Counted from the first letter of the stretch, positions 1-9,751 are shown. The stretch: DNA of 60,472 nucleotides from Nanohaloarchaea archaeon B1-Br10_U2g21 (GCA_001563915.1 LKMP01000004.1:1-60472); one strand, 5' to 3'. Notes: generated by a model not told the origin, from the sequence alone. Numbers and translations are program-made.

Positions 1-1
1 T

Positions 2-92
2 CGCCTAGGGCAGGGCTCGAACCTGCGACCACCACGTATCTGTATTTTTAGAATTTAACAGCGTGGCGCTCTACCTGCTGAGCTACCTAGGC
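2..92 (-). tRNA. tRNA-Asn(GTT) with 18-nt intron at canonical position 37/38 (intron 38..55)
   Basis: Reverse complement folds as GCCTAGG acceptor stem, GCTC/GAGC D-arm, CCACG-CT-GTT-A[intron]A-CGTGG and GCAGG-TTCGAGC-CCTGC T-arm. Bulge-helix-bulge present (CTGT/ACAG helix, two 3-nt bulges). CCA not encoded. Confidence 0.95.
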
Positions 93-143
93 TTCTGTGT
101 TACTGAATTGTTAGTGAATTTTATAAACTGTAGATTAAACTGA

Positions 144-178
144 AAGGCCTCTAGATCTATAATTTAGCTAGAGGCCTT
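144..178. terminator. 11-bp perfect inverted repeat downstream of top6A; possible terminator or processing hairpin
   Basis: AAGGCCTCTAG (144-154) and CTAGAGGCCTT (168-178), between the top6A stop and a TATA-like TTTATAAA about 30 nt upstream of the tRNA. Confidence 0.45.
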
Positions 179-188
179 ACAGGTTTTT

Positions 189-1319
189 CTAGTCTAGGAA
201 TTCTTCGTTTTTGATTTTTTCTGGGAGGTAGGTGTTTGCTACGAACTCTAGACTGTTTGCTGCTAGAGCTTGTTGCTCTACTCTGACGCCCATATCAAGC
301 ATTTTGTTAAGCTGGTTTTGCCATGCTTCGTTTTGCATCCATTCGTAGTCCATTACGTCATGGATTCGCTTATAGTCTTTAGTCGGTCCTCCGTTGTCCT
401 TTGCTTTACCTTTAAGACCTTCTGTGACGTGATGGAGGTCATAGTCCTCTATATCCTCCATTGTCATGCCGATAAGTTTTGCATCAGGAGTAGCTAGTCG
501 GTCAGATTGGAATGCAAGACTCATGGATCCGGATTTGAGGACTGAGTAGATGTAATATCCCCATGGGTCTCCGTCTGTAAATACATAGACGGGTAGATCT
601 AGTTCATTATGCATCATGTTAATGAGTCTTCTTGCTCCTCTTGCAGGTTGGCCTCCAGTTCCTATAATTATTGCATTGTGATCTGCATGGAAATCTTCCT
701 CTACTAGTCGGTTAACCATTGCGCTGGTCTCAACTACTAGAATGAAGTCTGCATCGCATTCGACGAATTCAAAGTGATCGACAATGGAGTTAATTGCCAT
801 ACCACTGCTTCCCATGCTCATTCCATCTATGATATCGCCGGAATCCTCGATTTTAACTGGTCCGAAAAGCCGTCCTTTAGGCTCTGCAAAAAGATGCAAG
901 TCTTCACGGATGGCTCCTGTAGCAGTCTCAATGTCCACTACAACGTTGTTAGATTCATCTTGGTCCTCAAACGTATTTTCTTCTAGACCTGGAACGCTGT
1001 GCTTTAATTGGTAGTAAACTTCTCTTATTGAAGCAGTTCTTTTACCTTCTACAAGCTCTTTACATTTTGCGGCGACCATTGTGGTCTGCATAAATTTGCG
1101 TGCATGGCTAATGTTGAGGAATTTTCTTGTAGAATAAGAATCTCCTAATTCAAGTTTTTCTTCTTCTTCATCATATTCTACATTCGATTTTGATCTTACT
1201 TGGGTTTCGAAAGTCAGATTGTCTGAATCTTCGCTTTGAAGCTGTCTAAGTAGCTTTTCTCCCAAGTGTGTTAGTCTATCAAGTGTCTTCTCATCGTTTG
1301 CTAAGTCTTTCTTTGGCAT
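189..1319 (-). CDS. top6A: DNA topoisomerase VI subunit A
   Basis: REVYY catalytic Tyr motif, TOPRIM VVE and DGDPWG motifs; adjacent to top6B. Confidence 0.97.
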   Translation of the reverse strand: MPKKDLANDEKTLDRLTHLGEKLLRQLQSEDSDNLTFETQVRSKSNVEYDEEEEKLELGDSYSTRKFLNISHARKFMQTTMVAAKCKELVEGKRTASIREVYYQLKHSVPGLEENTFEDQDESNNVVVDIETATGAIREDLHLFAEPKGRLFGPVKIEDSGDIIDGMSMGSSGMAINSIVDHFEFVECDADFILVVETSAMVNRLVEEDFHADHNAIIIGTGGQPARGARRLINMMHNELDLPVYVFTDGDPWGYYIYSVLKSGSMSLAFQSDRLATPDAKLIGMTMEDIEDYDLHHVTEGLKGKAKDNGGPTKDYKRIHDVMDYEWMQNEAWQNQLNKMLDMGVRVEQQALAANSLEFVANTYLPEKIKNEEFLD

Positions 1320-1333
1320 TTAATTAGTCACCT

Positions 1334-2920
1334 CTAAAGTTGCTCCGGGTTGTAGTCTGCTTGCACCATGGCCTGTATCTTCTTTTCGATTTTGTTAGGA
1401 TCTCCGTCTCCAGCTAACTGTGCAATAGCAGGCCCCATCTCTTTTGCGTAAGCTGATAACTGTCTCTTTTTCTTTTCTTGAATTGCTGCTCTTTCTTTTC
1501 TTCCGATATAGCGGCCTAGTTTCCTTCCTGCTTCCTGTAATGCTAGTTTCATTTCTTTACGGATAGGGTCATAGTTTGCTACAGCTTCTTTACCTTCGGA
1601 TGTGAAAGGCACCCATACGGAGGCAATATGGACTAATACGTAGAGAGGTCCTTGAGGCCGATCTCCCGTCTGAGGGATATTGTAGCGGTTCCAAGATACT
1701 TCTTCTACAGCTTTTGTAGTTACACATGCAGATTTCTTGTAAAGTAGTGGTACTTTATTGGCGAATCTGAGTTCGTTATAACTTCCTTCTTCTTTTATGT
1801 CGCCACCCCATGCGAGACCTACTTCGATTTGGAAAGGATTTCCTTTGTAAACTGTAGGACTTCTAGTGATAGCTGTAGAGAATTCAGGATTTAGTTCTTT
1901 TTTCAAACCTTTCAGGATTAAATCTTCACCTATTGGTGATAGGCAGTTAGTTGGAGGACTCTGGAGTTTTACTCTTTGTGCTGCTTTCAGTAATTGTTCA
2001 ATTTCATCTTTTTCTAGAGTATTAGGTCTTCTGCCGGTTTCTATTCCTGCTTCATCGCATATTTCATCTGCGCTCGTTCTTCCTACGCGAGTGAACTCAT
2101 TTTGCAGGAATGAGGAGATGGTTCTTGCACTACTGTTTTCTATCATCCTCATTAATACTCCGAGTTCTACTCCGTGAGGATGAGGTTTGATTTCTTTTGG
2201 TGCGGGAGGTAGTTCTCTAGAAACTCTTGGGAATTCTACTTTGTTACCATCGGGTTCACGCAGGACTACACGAGCATAAGGGTTCATGATTGCTGTGTGC
2301 TTTAGGTAGTTGTAGACAGAGTGGTGTCCTCCGGTATACTTGGCCTCAATATCCATTTCGATTGTAGTACCGTGGTCAAAGTAGTAGTCTTTGTCTCCAG
2401 GGAACTCGTTGCTTTCAGAGTCAATTACTTCATCTTCTATAATTTCCGGTTCGTTTTTCTCGGTATCAATTCTTACAATGAACTTGTGGCAAGGACGCCC
2501 TTTCTGTTTAGAATAAACAGTGACTGGTTCTCCAGTTGTTAATTGGGCATACATTGCTGATGCTGAGATACCAATTCCTTGTTGTCCTCTACTCTGCTGT
2601 AGTTTATGGAATTTAGATCCGTAGAGTAATTTACCAAATACTTTAGGAATTGTTTCTTTGTCTAATCCTATCGCATTGTCTCTTATCTCTACACGACATT
2701 TTTTGTCTCCTATTTCATCCACTAGTACGTGTATTTCTGGCAATATATCATCTTCCTCGCATGCGTCCAGCGAGTTATCTACTGCCTCTTTTACAACTGT
2801 TATTATAGATTTCTGGGCGTTTTCAAACCCGAGGAGGTGTTTGTTCTTTTCAAAGAACTCTGCCACAGAAATCTCTCTGTGGTCTCCCTCGACTATTTCT
2901 TCTTCTACTCCGTTAGACAT
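1334..2920 (-). CDS. top6B: DNA topoisomerase VI subunit B
   Basis: GHKL motifs KEAVDNSLDA and SRGQQGIG; RFANKVPL; VPFTSEGKEA. Confidence 0.97.
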   Translation of the reverse strand: MSNGVEEEIVEGDHREISVAEFFEKNKHLLGFENAQKSIITVVKEAVDNSLDACEEDDILPEIHVLVDEIGDKKCRVEIRDNAIGLDKETIPKVFGKLLYGSKFHKLQQSRGQQGIGISASAMYAQLTTGEPVTVYSKQKGRPCHKFIVRIDTEKNEPEIIEDEVIDSESNEFPGDKDYYFDHGTTIEMDIEAKYTGGHHSVYNYLKHTAIMNPYARVVLREPDGNKVEFPRVSRELPPAPKEIKPHPHGVELGVLMRMIENSSARTISSFLQNEFTRVGRTSADEICDEAGIETGRRPNTLEKDEIEQLLKAAQRVKLQSPPTNCLSPIGEDLILKGLKKELNPEFSTAITRSPTVYKGNPFQIEVGLAWGGDIKEEGSYNELRFANKVPLLYKKSACVTTKAVEEVSWNRYNIPQTGDRPQGPLYVLVHIASVWVPFTSEGKEAVANYDPIRKEMKLALQEAGRKLGRYIGRKERAAIQEKKKRQLSAYAKEMGPAIAQLAGDGDPNKIEKKIQAMVQADYNPEQL

Positions 2921-2987
2921 TTTGAAATCACTTTTCCAATGTTTTGCATTGTTTTAACATAAAGTTTTTGATCATAGTATTCTTTTT

Positions 2988-3491
2988 TCACCTTTTAACT
3001 CTGTTCTGGTTTCTTTCAAGGAAATCGTAAGCTGTGGCATGCGAGCTCCCATTTAAAAGCATTTTGACTGTCTCCTGAGCTATCTCAATATTCTGGATAT
3101 GGCCTACAAATCCTACGGTTTTTCCATAAACTGAGAGGTCGGTTTTAGTCATTTTTTCAATGTGTTTCCTTGCTTCTCCGTCTTTACCGATTACACGTCC
3201 TTTCAAACGCTCCTGAGACTTCTGTGTGTCCGCAAATCGATTAATATCAATCTGATGGAATTCATAACCTTCCTCTATAAGCTTGAAGGCTTTTTCAGGG
3301 TTAAATCCGCGTCCTATGGCTTTGACAATATTTTCCGCAGTCAGTTCATCAAGAGCGTCACCTTCGATCATCACGTTATTGTCATTGATTGTTACTTTGC
3401 ATTCGCTGAATTCCTCTAACTTATCTTTAGTCTCTCCGCCTTCGCCAATCAGCACTCCTACTCGTTCCTCAGGTACTCTTAACTCTCTCAC
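2988..3491 (-). CDS. KH-domain pre-rRNA processing protein (Dim2/Pno1 family)
   Basis: GVLIGEGG, AIGRGF and KGRVIGKDG KH motifs; conserved RIO1-KH-top6B neighbourhood; GTG start at 3491 preferred. Confidence 0.92.
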   Translation of the reverse strand: MRELRVPEERVGVLIGEGGETKDKLEEFSECKVTINDNNVMIEGDALDELTAENIVKAIGRGFNPEKAFKLIEEGYEFHQIDINRFADTQKSQERLKGRVIGKDGEARKHIEKMTKTDLSVYGKTVGFVGHIQNIEIAQETVKMLLNGSSHATAYDFLERNQNRVKR

Positions 3492-3543
3492 AAATATACT
3501 GACGAGAACAACCTTTTTATAGCTTGGAAGCCGCATACAGGCC

Positions 3544-4305
3544 TTAACTGGCGGAAAAAACAACATTTAAAGCTTTCTCAATATCTCTATTGGCGCCCTG
3601 TGAGTTGAAGAAATTCACTATGTTTTTCACGTCCCTTTTCAGCAGTTGTTCTGCCTCAGGATGGGTTTTATGGACGCCTTGGGAAAAATCAATCCATACA
3701 AGTTTATCGCTTTCAACTAGAATATTGTATTCTGAAAGATCTCCATGGACTAGTTTTTCTTCCTCCCACAAGTTTTTCATCTTGTTCAGAGTCTGATCTA
3801 GCGCAGTTTCAGGATTCTCGATATTTACATCTTTTAGTTTAGGGTAGGGTGAAAAATTTTCTCCTATAAACTCCATAACGAGCACGTTCTCCTGTAAACC
3901 GTATAGTTCAGGACATCTGACGACATTTGAAGCCTTTTTCAAATTTTTAAACTCTTTTTTGGCCCACGCATCTATTATGGCTCGCCTATCATTTTTTACA
4001 TTTCTGAAGCGCTTATCTCCTTTTAGATAGTGATACATCTCTCTAAATGCTCCGGCCCGCTTCATGTATATTTTTACAGCAGCTAGGCCTTCTTTAGTAT
4101 CTGCTAGCAATATTGCGGATTCCTTTCCGGACTCTATTATCCCATACATTTTGTTAATTAAATCTCTATCCGCTGCTTTCAATAGAGCGTCCATAGTGTC
4201 GTCGTCTAGAACATTTTCAACTGCCTTCCTTGCATCAGAAGAGTCAAACATTTGCCTTTTCCTATCGTCCTTACGGCGAGGATATAGGTCATCTTCGTCA
4301 ACCAT
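3544..4305 (-). CDS. rio1: RIO1 family Ser/Thr kinase
   Basis: SGKES, AVKIY, HGDLSEYNIL and IDFSQ motifs. Confidence 0.95.
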   Translation of the reverse strand: MVDEDDLYPRRKDDRKRQMFDSSDARKAVENVLDDDTMDALLKAADRDLINKMYGIIESGKESAILLADTKEGLAAVKIYMKRAGAFREMYHYLKGDKRFRNVKNDRRAIIDAWAKKEFKNLKKASNVVRCPELYGLQENVLVMEFIGENFSPYPKLKDVNIENPETALDQTLNKMKNLWEEEKLVHGDLSEYNILVESDKLVWIDFSQGVHKTHPEAEQLLKRDVKNIVNFFNSQGANRDIEKALNVVFSAS

Positions 4306-4328
4306 AATCCAAGTTGTGTGTATAGTCT

Positions 4329-4628
4329 TTAATTCTTGAAGTTTTCAACTATCTTCCAAATTTTCCCATAATAACCTAAACTTAGAATCAAAGCGATTAC
4401 GGAGGCAGGTAAGATAAAATCGGGATGTATTAGTGCTTTTGAAAAATATTCTGGCATTGTAAGACAAACTGTGGGTGCGGTGTCATAACTATGAAAGTCT
4501 CTATATGATCCACAAAATTCTAATAATCTATAACTGTTTTTATGGAGTATTATTAGAAAAATCATGGCTATATAGGTTACTAGTCCTATAAGCACGGTTT
4601 TGACAGTTTCAGTGTTTCGAAGAGTCAT
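4329..4628 (-). CDS. Hypothetical two-TM membrane protein
   Basis: 99-aa ORF filling the aIF-1A/rio1 gap; two hydrophobic segments and two loop Cys. Confidence 0.6.
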   Translation of the reverse strand: MTLRNTETVKTVLIGLVTYIAMIFLIILHKNSYRLLEFCGSYRDFHSYDTAPTVCLTMPEYFSKALIHPDFILPASVIALILSLGYYGKIWKIVENFKN

Positions 4629-4637
4629 GCTGAAACT

Positions 4638-4946
4638 TTACAGAAACTCTTTAATTTCATCGAGATAGTCGCGTTGTTCAAGCCAATCTTGTTGCGCATT
4701 ACTGTAACTCTCTACAATGTCTCCTTTTTCATCTCCCTGAATATCCCAAGGATCAACTAAGACTACGCTGTCTCTTTTAACCCAGAGGCCTCTTTTCTTA
4801 CTACCTGGAATTCTACAGATTCTTTCTCTACCGTCATTACAATATACTTGATATTTTCCGCCGCCTACTTTTCTAAGTACAATTCCTAAAACTTCATCTC
4901 CGCTAGGAGTCCTTACTCGGCGTACTTGTTCTTCATCTTCTGGCAT
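4638..4946 (-). CDS. eif1a: Translation initiation factor aIF-1A
   Basis: CNDGRERICRIPG and VLVDPWDIQGDEKGDI; ATG at 4946 preferred. Confidence 0.95.
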   Translation of the reverse strand: MPEDEEQVRRVRTPSGDEVLGIVLRKVGGGKYQVYCNDGRERICRIPGSKKRGLWVKRDSVVLVDPWDIQGDEKGDIVESYSNAQQDWLEQRDYLDEIKEFL

Positions 4947-5010
4947 CTGTGTTAAAGGTTTGCTGTCCAAGTTTTTTAAACTGGCAGTCTGGTAAAGTTA
5001 GTTCGAAACA

Positions 5011-5694
5011 TCACTGGGTGTGTTCCAGCCTTACTGAAACCACGTTCCTGTACACTCTTTGCCCGTCTTTCTCGCCCACAAGCTCATAAGATCTCTTAAT
5101 TTCAGGGTCAAAGTTCTCTCTTAATTCTGTAAGTATTTTCTTGTTCATAGCTTCCGTTGATAAATAAAAATCGACACCGTGACTGTTTTCTTCTATGTTT
5201 GAAAGAAAGTCTTTTCTGTTTCTGTTCGTGAGTTCTGCAGCCCTATCAACTATGAAATCCGATGCCTCCTTGGTATTTTCGCCTCGTAACTGTATTTTCG
5301 CCTTATAAAAACCGCCTTCAAACCTTGAGCAGTCGGAACACTGTTTATCGATCCATTCAATTTTCACATCTTCAGAATCGGTTAATGCCTCGTCACGTGT
5401 ATGCACTCGGACGTAAAACTCTTCATCTTCTTCCCAGTACTGTAATTCAAACTCTAGTCCTTCAACCATGTCTGAAAATGTTTCTGCTAGCTGATCCTCA
5501 ATACTGTAGGCCTCTATCCAATTTCTGCCTTTTCTCATTCTGCCGCACACAGTACATTTAACTATCTCAACTTTTCGCGGTAAATCTACTAAGTCGTTTT
5601 TGTCCGTGAAACAGTCAGCGCACAACTTTTTCGAGTCGCCGTAAAGATTACTGGTTTCCTTTCCACATCGAGGACAGAACTTTGAAAGCTCCAT
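5011..5694 (-). CDS. nmd3: NMD3-family large ribosomal subunit biogenesis protein
   Basis: Four CxxC pairs (CPRC, CADC, CTVC, CSDC) and YKAKIQLRG. Confidence 0.9.
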   Translation of the reverse strand: MELSKFCPRCGKETSNLYGDSKKLCADCFTDKNDLVDLPRKVEIVKCTVCGRMRKGRNWIEAYSIEDQLAETFSDMVEGLEFELQYWEEDEEFYVRVHTRDEALTDSEDVKIEWIDKQCSDCSRFEGGFYKAKIQLRGENTKEASDFIVDRAAELTNRNRKDFLSNIEENSHGVDFYLSTEAMNKKILTELRENFDPEIKRSYELVGEKDGQRVYRNVVSVRLEHTQ

Positions 5695-5720
5695 AAAAAT
5701 TAGTTATCGGTAAAGATTCA

Positions 5721-6065
5721 TTAACTTAGAACTAGGTTGTCTCCTTTTTCCAATTCAAGTTCTTCAAAGCTCTCTAAAAGATACTGGTATTTTTCATTAG
5801 GTCTGTAAAGTTTCCAGCTTTTAGGATTCCAGTTCCAAGGAGAGGCTTTTTCTATATGTATTAGCTTTTTTTCTGAGTCAAAAAAGTAGAGATAAAGAGG
5901 TTTAGAGAGCATCATCATGTCTATGGATGCTTTTACAGGGAAAGGGAACTTGAAAAGCATTTTACCTTTTTTTCTGAATGAAAGACCCCATGCACGTCTC
6001 AAAAAATTATCTGCAACTTCGGCCTCAACTGAAAGATCTCCAACAGTAATTTTTGCTTGCTTCAT
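5721..6065 (-). CDS. DUF192 family protein
   Basis: EVADNFLRRAWGLSFR...GKMLF pattern; YLLE. Confidence 0.8.
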   Translation of the reverse strand: MKQAKITVGDLSVEAEVADNFLRRAWGLSFRKKGKMLFKFPFPVKASIDMMMLSKPLYLYFFDSEKKLIHIEKASPWNWNPKSWKLYRPNEKYQYLLESFEELELEKGDNLVLS

Positions 6066-6102
6066 GTATTAGTTGTTTAAGTTTGGATGTTAAATTAGCT
6101 AT

Positions 6103-6591
6103 ATGCTTGTTCGGGCTTATCAGGGTTATCGTTTGAAGATATTATCTGAGCTTAGAAAAGCGTTTCATGAAGAGCATAGCGCTCACCAGATCGCCTTGAG
6201 CTTCTCTATAGGGGTTTTCATTACTGCTTTGCCAACTTTGGGAACAGGGTTCATAGTTTTTGCAGTACTAATGAAAACTTTCGCAGGTATAAGCAAACTA
6301 GCTCTTTTGTCAAGCGTACTAGTTATGAATCCATTGATAAAGCCATTAGTATACCTTGCAAGCATAAATTTTGGTGGTTTGATAATGACTAGGAGGCTGG
6401 CTTATACTACTGATCCTGAATCAATTTTAATGTTTTTGCTGGTAGGTAATTTAGTTATAGCAGGTATTTTATCTATTTTAGCCTATTTTTTCGCTTTTAA
6501 AGCTGTTAAAAGATATAGGAAAACAGATTTAGAAGTAGTTGAAGAGGTAGAGGATGTTGTAGAGGCAGAAATGAATAAAATAGGGGATTAG
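6103..6591 (+). CDS. DUF2062 family membrane protein
   Basis: SAHQIALSFSIGVFITALPTLG and NPL motifs. Confidence 0.8.
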   Translation: MLVRAYQGYRLKILSELRKAFHEEHSAHQIALSFSIGVFITALPTLGTGFIVFAVLMKTFAGISKLALLSSVLVMNPLIKPLVYLASINFGGLIMTRRLAYTTDPESILMFLLVGNLVIAGILSILAYFFAFKAVKRYRKTDLEVVEEVEDVVEAEMNKIGD

Positions 6592-6659
6592 ATTTTTCTT
6601 AGAAAAAAGCCAAATAGCAAGCAGATTTAAAGAAAGAAATTTTTATTCAATCTAACAAT

Positions 6660-7133
6660 TTAGTCTTCTTCTGGATGTTTATAGAATTTTGTTGCTTCTT
6701 CAAATCTGTTAGTCCGAGTAATTTTTTCTACAAAGTCTGAAAATCTTTTATGCCGGGATGTTACAACGCCAAAAGCTGCGAAAAGCCGGACAAATCTTCC
6801 TGAACGAGCCAGTAAGTGGAGAATTTCTTGTGCTAGTTCTCCAAGCCGTATGACGCTATCAAGAAGTCTAAATATCCAGAAAAAAGGCAGTACTGCTATA
6901 ACTTCTAGCCATTCGCGTCTGAGAAAACCCTCCCAACTTTTTGCACGTTTGAACTTAAAAGATAAATCTCCTACAAATATGGACAACACGGCAAGATCAG
7001 CATACAAAAAGTAAATCTCATATTCGTATTTGAAATCAGTAAAGAATACGTCCGCAATTACGATAAATACTAATACGAGTAACGCTGGCAAGATCATTTT
7101 ATCAAAAAATCGCTCAAGCGCACTCCAATTCAT
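6660..7133 (-). CDS. Ion-transport-like protein (voltage-sensor S1-S4 only, no pore domain)
   Basis: S2 IFVGDL, S3 WLEVIAVLP, Arg-containing S4-like segment; no GYG pore loop. Confidence 0.65.
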   Translation of the reverse strand: MNWSALERFFDKMILPALLVLVFIVIADVFFTDFKYEYEIYFLYADLAVLSIFVGDLSFKFKRAKSWEGFLRREWLEVIAVLPFFWIFRLLDSVIRLGELAQEILHLLARSGRFVRLFAAFGVVTSRHKRFSDFVEKITRTNRFEEATKFYKHPEED

Positions 7134-7175
7134 AATCTAGACTTTAGAACGAGAAAATAAAAACTATATGTATAT

Positions 7176-7247
7176 CGCCCTCACGGGGATTTGAACCCCG
7201 GATCTGCACCTCCGCAAGGTGCCGTCTTTCCACTAGACCATGAGGGC
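7176..7247 (-). tRNA. tRNA-Arg(GCG)
   Basis: Cloverleaf: GCCCTCA acceptor, GCACC-TT-GCG-GA-GGTGC anticodon arm, CGGGG-TTCAAAT-CCCCG T-arm. Confidence 0.95.
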
Positions 7248-7482
7248 CTGTATTTATTTTCTTAGATGTTATTGTTTTAACCGGTTTCCTTTCCAAACCT
7301 TTTTTATATAACGGCGCTAAATCCGTTTTTAAGGTGTTTAATATGAAGAATTTAATCAACAAGATAAAGAACAAGCTAGGCCTTAATTAAGTGAGGTCTC
7401 TCAAACTTTCACGGCCTCTGAATAGAGGTCAACATGTTTTAACTTTTTCTTTTGAAATACAGTAGTAGGTGTAAACAGAAAA

Positions 7483-7737
7483 ATGGGAGAAATTGCATGT
7501 GTATACAAGGTAATGCCGGAAGACGCAGAAACTGATCTAGAAGAAATCAAAGAACAAGTTAGAGATTTGCTTGATGTACAAGACATAGGAGAAGAGAACG
7601 TCGCTTTCGGTTTAAAAGCTGTGAAAGTTTCTTGTGTTACAACCGATGAAGAAGGAGGAACTGATGCAGTAGAAGAAAAATTAGAACAGCTTGAAGGAGT
7701 TCAGAGCTACGAATTAGAACACTTTGACAAACTTTAG
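7483..7737 (+). CDS. ef1b: Elongation factor 1-beta (aEF-1B)
   Basis: KVMPE...VAFGLKA...GGTDAVEE pattern; 84 aa. Confidence 0.95.
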   Translation: MGEIACVYKVMPEDAETDLEEIKEQVRDLLDVQDIGEENVAFGLKAVKVSCVTTDEEGGTDAVEEKLEQLEGVQSYELEHFDKL

Positions 7738-7798
7738 CTGCAGACGAATTCTGTTTAAACCAGATTCGGTCTTTTCTTTCTTGATAATATCACAGTTC

Positions 7799-9079
7799 TT
7801 AATCGAATAGTGCTAATCCCTTTCCAGATTCTTTAATGCTAAAGGCCAGTATTTTATTTCCTTCAAGAACCCCTCCTATTATTTCTCTACTCCCTTGCAT
7901 CAAAGAACCTCCAAATACTTCGTTAACACCATTCAAAGATCCATGCCCTACAGAATAAAGTCCATCTTCAAGCCCTCCTTGAATCAACTCAAGACTTCTA
8001 GATTCACAATCATGCTCATCTTTTTCAGCTAAGTAATTTCTTCCCTCTCCATAAGTTTGATTTTCAAATTTTTCGGCCTTACCTTTTAACCATCCAATGG
8101 AATCTGCAGAAGTCCATTTAGGCCTATATGAGAGTTCTTCCATTTTGTTATCAGAACCTGTACCCATAAAAGCAACATCGAAACCTTGATTTCTAGCGTT
8201 CTCCACAAACTCCATTCTATCACAATGGTGATCAAAATCTCTGTCCCATGTAGGAACTATTACATCAATTCCAGCTTCTTCTGCGTTCTCCATAAAAATT
8301 TCCAAGTCGGAAGCATGGTTATTCATCGAACCATCATGTAAGGCAGCAGTGATGGATTCGCCTCCAGATACTTCTTCTATAGTCTCTAGACCTTCAAATT
8401 CACAAATTAAAGGAGCTATCTCTAGAGATACTACATTAGGAATAATTTTATCGCGATAACAATCACTGGGAAAGGATATGAATATAGCGTTCTCCACCAT
8501 TTCGCGTTCTTCAACCATTTCATAAGCCATAGCGGAGCTTTCTGAATTTTCTCGTACAGTAGGCTTAAGATCAACACGAGCCACCATATCCCTTTCTTCA
8601 AAAAAGTCTAATGTTTCAGCATAACTAGGGATTGTGGCATTATCAGCTTTTTCAGCCGACACAGTAGGAGGAGTTTTTGCTCTATTATCAATGTAATTTG
8701 ATGGTGCTGGAGTGCCTACAAGATCTTCTAGCTTATACTCAGCCACAGGTCTTGTCAGACGACCTTCGGTATGATCTTTAGGTGTGCCATCATGGATTAC
8801 AACTAATTCATTATCTGCAGTCTTCCTTATATCAAATTCAGAGGATTTTATACCATGTTCATAACTGTTCTCAAAAGCCATCAAAGTGTTTTCTGGAGCA
8901 GAATCCATGCCGCCTCTATGAGGAGAAAGCAGAATGCCTGAAACCTTACCTGATTCATTTTGGTTGAAGATATCCATATCGGGGGGATTGATAGTCATCT
9001 GAGAAGATTCAGCTGCAAAACTCGGGAGCAAAATTACAATTGTTGAAAAAAACAATAAAGCCTTCAGGCGAGAATCCAT
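7799..9079 (-). CDS. Secreted glycerophosphodiester phosphodiesterase family protein
   Basis: Sec-type signal peptide; HRGG, PENT, EFDI and VIHD catalytic motifs. Confidence 0.85.
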   Translation of the reverse strand: MDSRLKALLFFSTIVILLPSFAAESSQMTINPPDMDIFNQNESGKVSGILLSPHRGGMDSAPENTLMAFENSYEHGIKSSEFDIRKTADNELVVIHDGTPKDHTEGRLTRPVAEYKLEDLVGTPAPSNYIDNRAKTPPTVSAEKADNATIPSYAETLDFFEERDMVARVDLKPTVRENSESSAMAYEMVEEREMVENAIFISFPSDCYRDKIIPNVVSLEIAPLICEFEGLETIEEVSGGESITAALHDGSMNNHASDLEIFMENAEEAGIDVIVPTWDRDFDHHCDRMEFVENARNQGFDVAFMGTGSDNKMEELSYRPKWTSADSIGWLKGKAEKFENQTYGEGRNYLAEKDEHDCESRSLELIQGGLEDGLYSVGHGSLNGVNEVFGGSLMQGSREIIGGVLEGNKILAFSIKESGKGLALFD

Positions 9080-9475
9080 AGGTTAATAGATAGTTAAGAG
9101 AATTATAAAAATTCAATGAAGAAGGACTAATGAGCCCTAGAAAAAATGCAGTAGCTAAGACTTGATTAGGGAATTAAGTCTTTGAATCCGAACAACTAAT
9201 CTTTCTAAGAATCAGAAATCTGAGAATAAGCGGAGAATATTGATCTGCTAGAAGCTACTGTTCAAAAAGTTCTTTCTCCGCCACCACATACTCGGCAACC
9301 TCGTTCCAACTTATCTTCTCTGCATATATTTGAACCGCATACTTCGCAGCTGAGCGCTGCTCTATTTTCTTGACAAAAATCACAGAGTGCTACCATTTCC
9401 ACATTATGATGTGGTGGTAAAATTATTTGTCTTTATTTGTGGTTTATCAAATACCTTGTTGAACAAAGGAACAGA

Positions 9476-9751
9476 CTATTCGCTGAAAGATATGGTAGAA
9501 CAATTTACAGTACTGGAGTCCATACCTTCAACATCTTGAACTTCTGGTATGAGTTCATCTTCCTCTAAACACTCTGAAGGAGTTTCTATAGTGTTATTCC
9601 GGTCAGCACATTCGTTTAATACTGTTGGCTGGCAGCTTGGCATTGGCCCATCATACCGAAAGTTATTGTCATAGTTTATGATAAACGCAGCTCCTAAAAT
9701 AGCCAGTAAAGCTAGAAGGGCTAAAGCAAGAGTCTTGTAACTTTTACCCAT
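9476..9751 (-). CDS. Small membrane-anchored Cys-containing protein
   Basis: N-terminal TM followed by an acidic domain with 4 Cys. Confidence 0.7.
   Translation of the reverse strand: MGKSYKTLALALLALLAILGAAFIINYDNNFRYDGPMPSCQPTVLNECADRNNTIETPSECLEEDELIPEVQDVEGMDSSTVNCSTISFSE

Noticed and set aside
7144-7374. 76-aa ORF
   Set aside because: Overlaps tRNA-Arg on the same strand.
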